This document shows positions 59,513 to 60,996 of a stretch of DNA of 60,996 bases, piece after piece. The stretch is from positions 1 to 60,996 of the IMG/VR virus record IMGVR_UViG_3300026512_000014, one strand, 5' to 3'. The stretch comes from a virus (Duplodnaviria > Caudoviricetes). The notes below the pieces were generated by a model, which made no database searches, was not told the DNA's origin, and saw nothing but the letters and a program-made list of their open reading frames with translations. Numbering within the stretch: the stretch's first letter is position 1; each line of letters begins with the position of its first letter. A program made the position numbers and the translations under genes.

Positions 59513-60996
59513 AATTAACGGATAGATATTTAAATGTTATTTATCCATCAAAGGCAATCCCAACAAGATATGACCAGCCACTTGATGATATAAATATACA
59601 TTATATAAAATCAGGGATTGGTAATAAAGATGATTGCAAAACATTAGATATAACAATATCTCATGGAATTTATTATATAGAGGCACATCCTGTCTTATAT
59701 CCTGGATATTTTTTAATTAAAAGCGCAGACCATTTTTTATTTCCGTCTGATTCTATACAAATATCTGAACCAACAAATGAAGATACCGCATTTTATTATT
59801 ACAAAATGCTTGACAACCCATATCCAGGAATGCCAATAATATTTAATATTTATAAAAGAAATAAAAATAAATATATAGAAGCATATATCAAGTTTAAATA
59901 TAGAGCAGAATTTACAAAAAAAGTTATTAATGGTGTAGAACAGTATTACCCAGAAGCATATGAATTTACAATAACACAAAATAATGAAATACAAGTATTA
60001 AAAAATTCTGTTAATTCAGTATCAAAAATGCCAACAGTATTTGACGCAAATGACATTAGGCAACATGGTGATTTTCTTGGACAAGGTCAGTTTAATTCAA
60101 ATATCATTACATTATCAACTGAATTTTTCCCAATAAAAAATGTTAGAATATTTACCATAGATAATAATGATAATATCAAAGAATGGCATGTAGTAAGAAG
60201 TTTTGAACAATTAGATTATTCAACATTAACAGAATATAATTATGTTCAGGTATCAACAGAATTTGGAATTGTTACATTCGGAAATGAATCAAATCAATTT
60301 GATATACCATCTGTGCATGAAAAAATATATGCATGTTATAATGTTGTTCCACATATAGAATATATCCCCGAATTTAGTTCATTAATAAATGTTCCGACAT
60401 ATTTAGATATTACTCCCGCCGCTACTGGTGTTAATCAAGGTATTGTACAAATATCAGCATCAGATGCAACCGATGTTTACTCATTAAAATTAAGAGCAAG
60501 TTATCATTTAGAAGACCAAAATGCGTTAATATATGGCCCCATAGAAGTCTTCACAGGTTCTTCTTTGTTAAAATGTACAGCATACAATATATATCAAGAA
60601 ACGGTTCCTGGTATTGAAATAACATGGCATATGGATATTGACATGGGTGAAATAAATAATATGCAATTTGATGAAACAATAAAAACGCAAACAAATGGCG
60701 GAGGATATTCTATTGCAACATATACAACTCCAAATAATGTACGAGCACTTGAACATATATTTTTCAGAAATGAAACTGATTATACCATTAATGGAAATGA
60801 TATAATTTTTAATAACATTGACAATATATACAAACTTGAATATTGTCAAATATTTACAAATCATAATACAGCGGCAGACTGCGCACCAAAAATATTACAA
60901 AATTATAGATTTAATTCTATGGGAAGAGCATTATCAAAATGTGTCATTGAAGATGATATTACACATGAAAAACACACGGTGCACCCATTTTATTTT
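59509..60996 (+). CDS. Partial structural (baseplate/tail) protein, runs off window end
   Basis: Not in the ORF track. ATG at 59509 (ATGA overlap, GAGG SD), MKLTDRYLNVIYPS..., FGIVTFGN; no stop seen before the end. Confidence 0.75.
   Translation, partial: MKLTDRYLNVIYPSKAIPTRYDQPLDDINIHYIKSGIGNKDDCKTLDITISHGIYYIEAHPVLYPGYFLIKSADHFLFPSDSIQISEPTNEDTAFYYYKMLDNPYPGMPIIFNIYKRNKNKYIEAYIKFKYRAEFTKKVINGVEQYYPEAYEFTITQNNEIQVLKNSVNSVSKMPTVFDANDIRQHGDFLGQGQFNSNIITLSTEFFPIKNVRIFTIDNNDNIKEWHVVRSFEQLDYSTLTEYNYVQVSTEFGIVTFGNESNQFDIPSVHEKIYACYNVVPHIEYIPEFSSLINVPTYLDITPAATGVNQGIVQISASDATDVYSLKLRASYHLEDQNALIYGPIEVFTGSSLLKCTAYNIYQETVPGIEITWHMDIDMGEINNMQFDETIKTQTNGGGYSIATYTTPNNVRALEHIFFRNETDYTINGNDIIFNNIDNIYKLEYCQIFTNHNTAADCAPKILQNYRFNSMGRALSKCVIEDDITHEKHTVHPFYF

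Noticed and set aside
10329-60996. Many short antisense and off-frame ORFs inside structural genes
   Set aside because: Shadow ORFs expected from codon bias, lying wholly or almost wholly within well-supported genes
1-60996. Stop-codon reassignment; tRNA or rRNA genes
   Set aside because: Genes are long and tightly packed under the standard code with TAA, TGA and TAG all used as stops; no cloverleaf or rRNA-like sequence was recognised (tRNAscan not run)

Overview
This is an AT-rich segment of a large contractile-tailed (myovirus-type) phage genome using the standard genetic code. It has two divergent halves. Bases 1-9900 (minus strand) are an early-type region of small, partly paralogous ORFs in repeated modules, each made of an intrinsic terminator, a long G.U-containing hairpin or a ~160-200 nt duplicated structured RNA, and an orphan AAGGAGGTGATA element. 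This region ends in a ~1090-aa DxDGD polymerase of the single-subunit YonO/RNAi-RdRP class fused to an RNase HI domain. After it come a ~0.9 kb non-coding repeat tract, a pseudoknot-led small gene and the start of a probable polymerase paralogue. Bases 10300-60996 (plus strand) are the virion morphogenesis block: ClpP, a DEDDh nuclease, terminase, portal, protease/scaffold, capsid, ribosomal protein bS21, neck, sheath, tubes, baseplate and fibres. Its tape-measure locus carries a second, 1856-aa DxDGD polymerase, a candidate virion RNAP. The most notable system is this set of two or three single-subunit RNA polymerases, one fused to RNase H, together with the RNA-structure-punctuated early region. 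All calls come from reading motifs by eye; no database searches were run.
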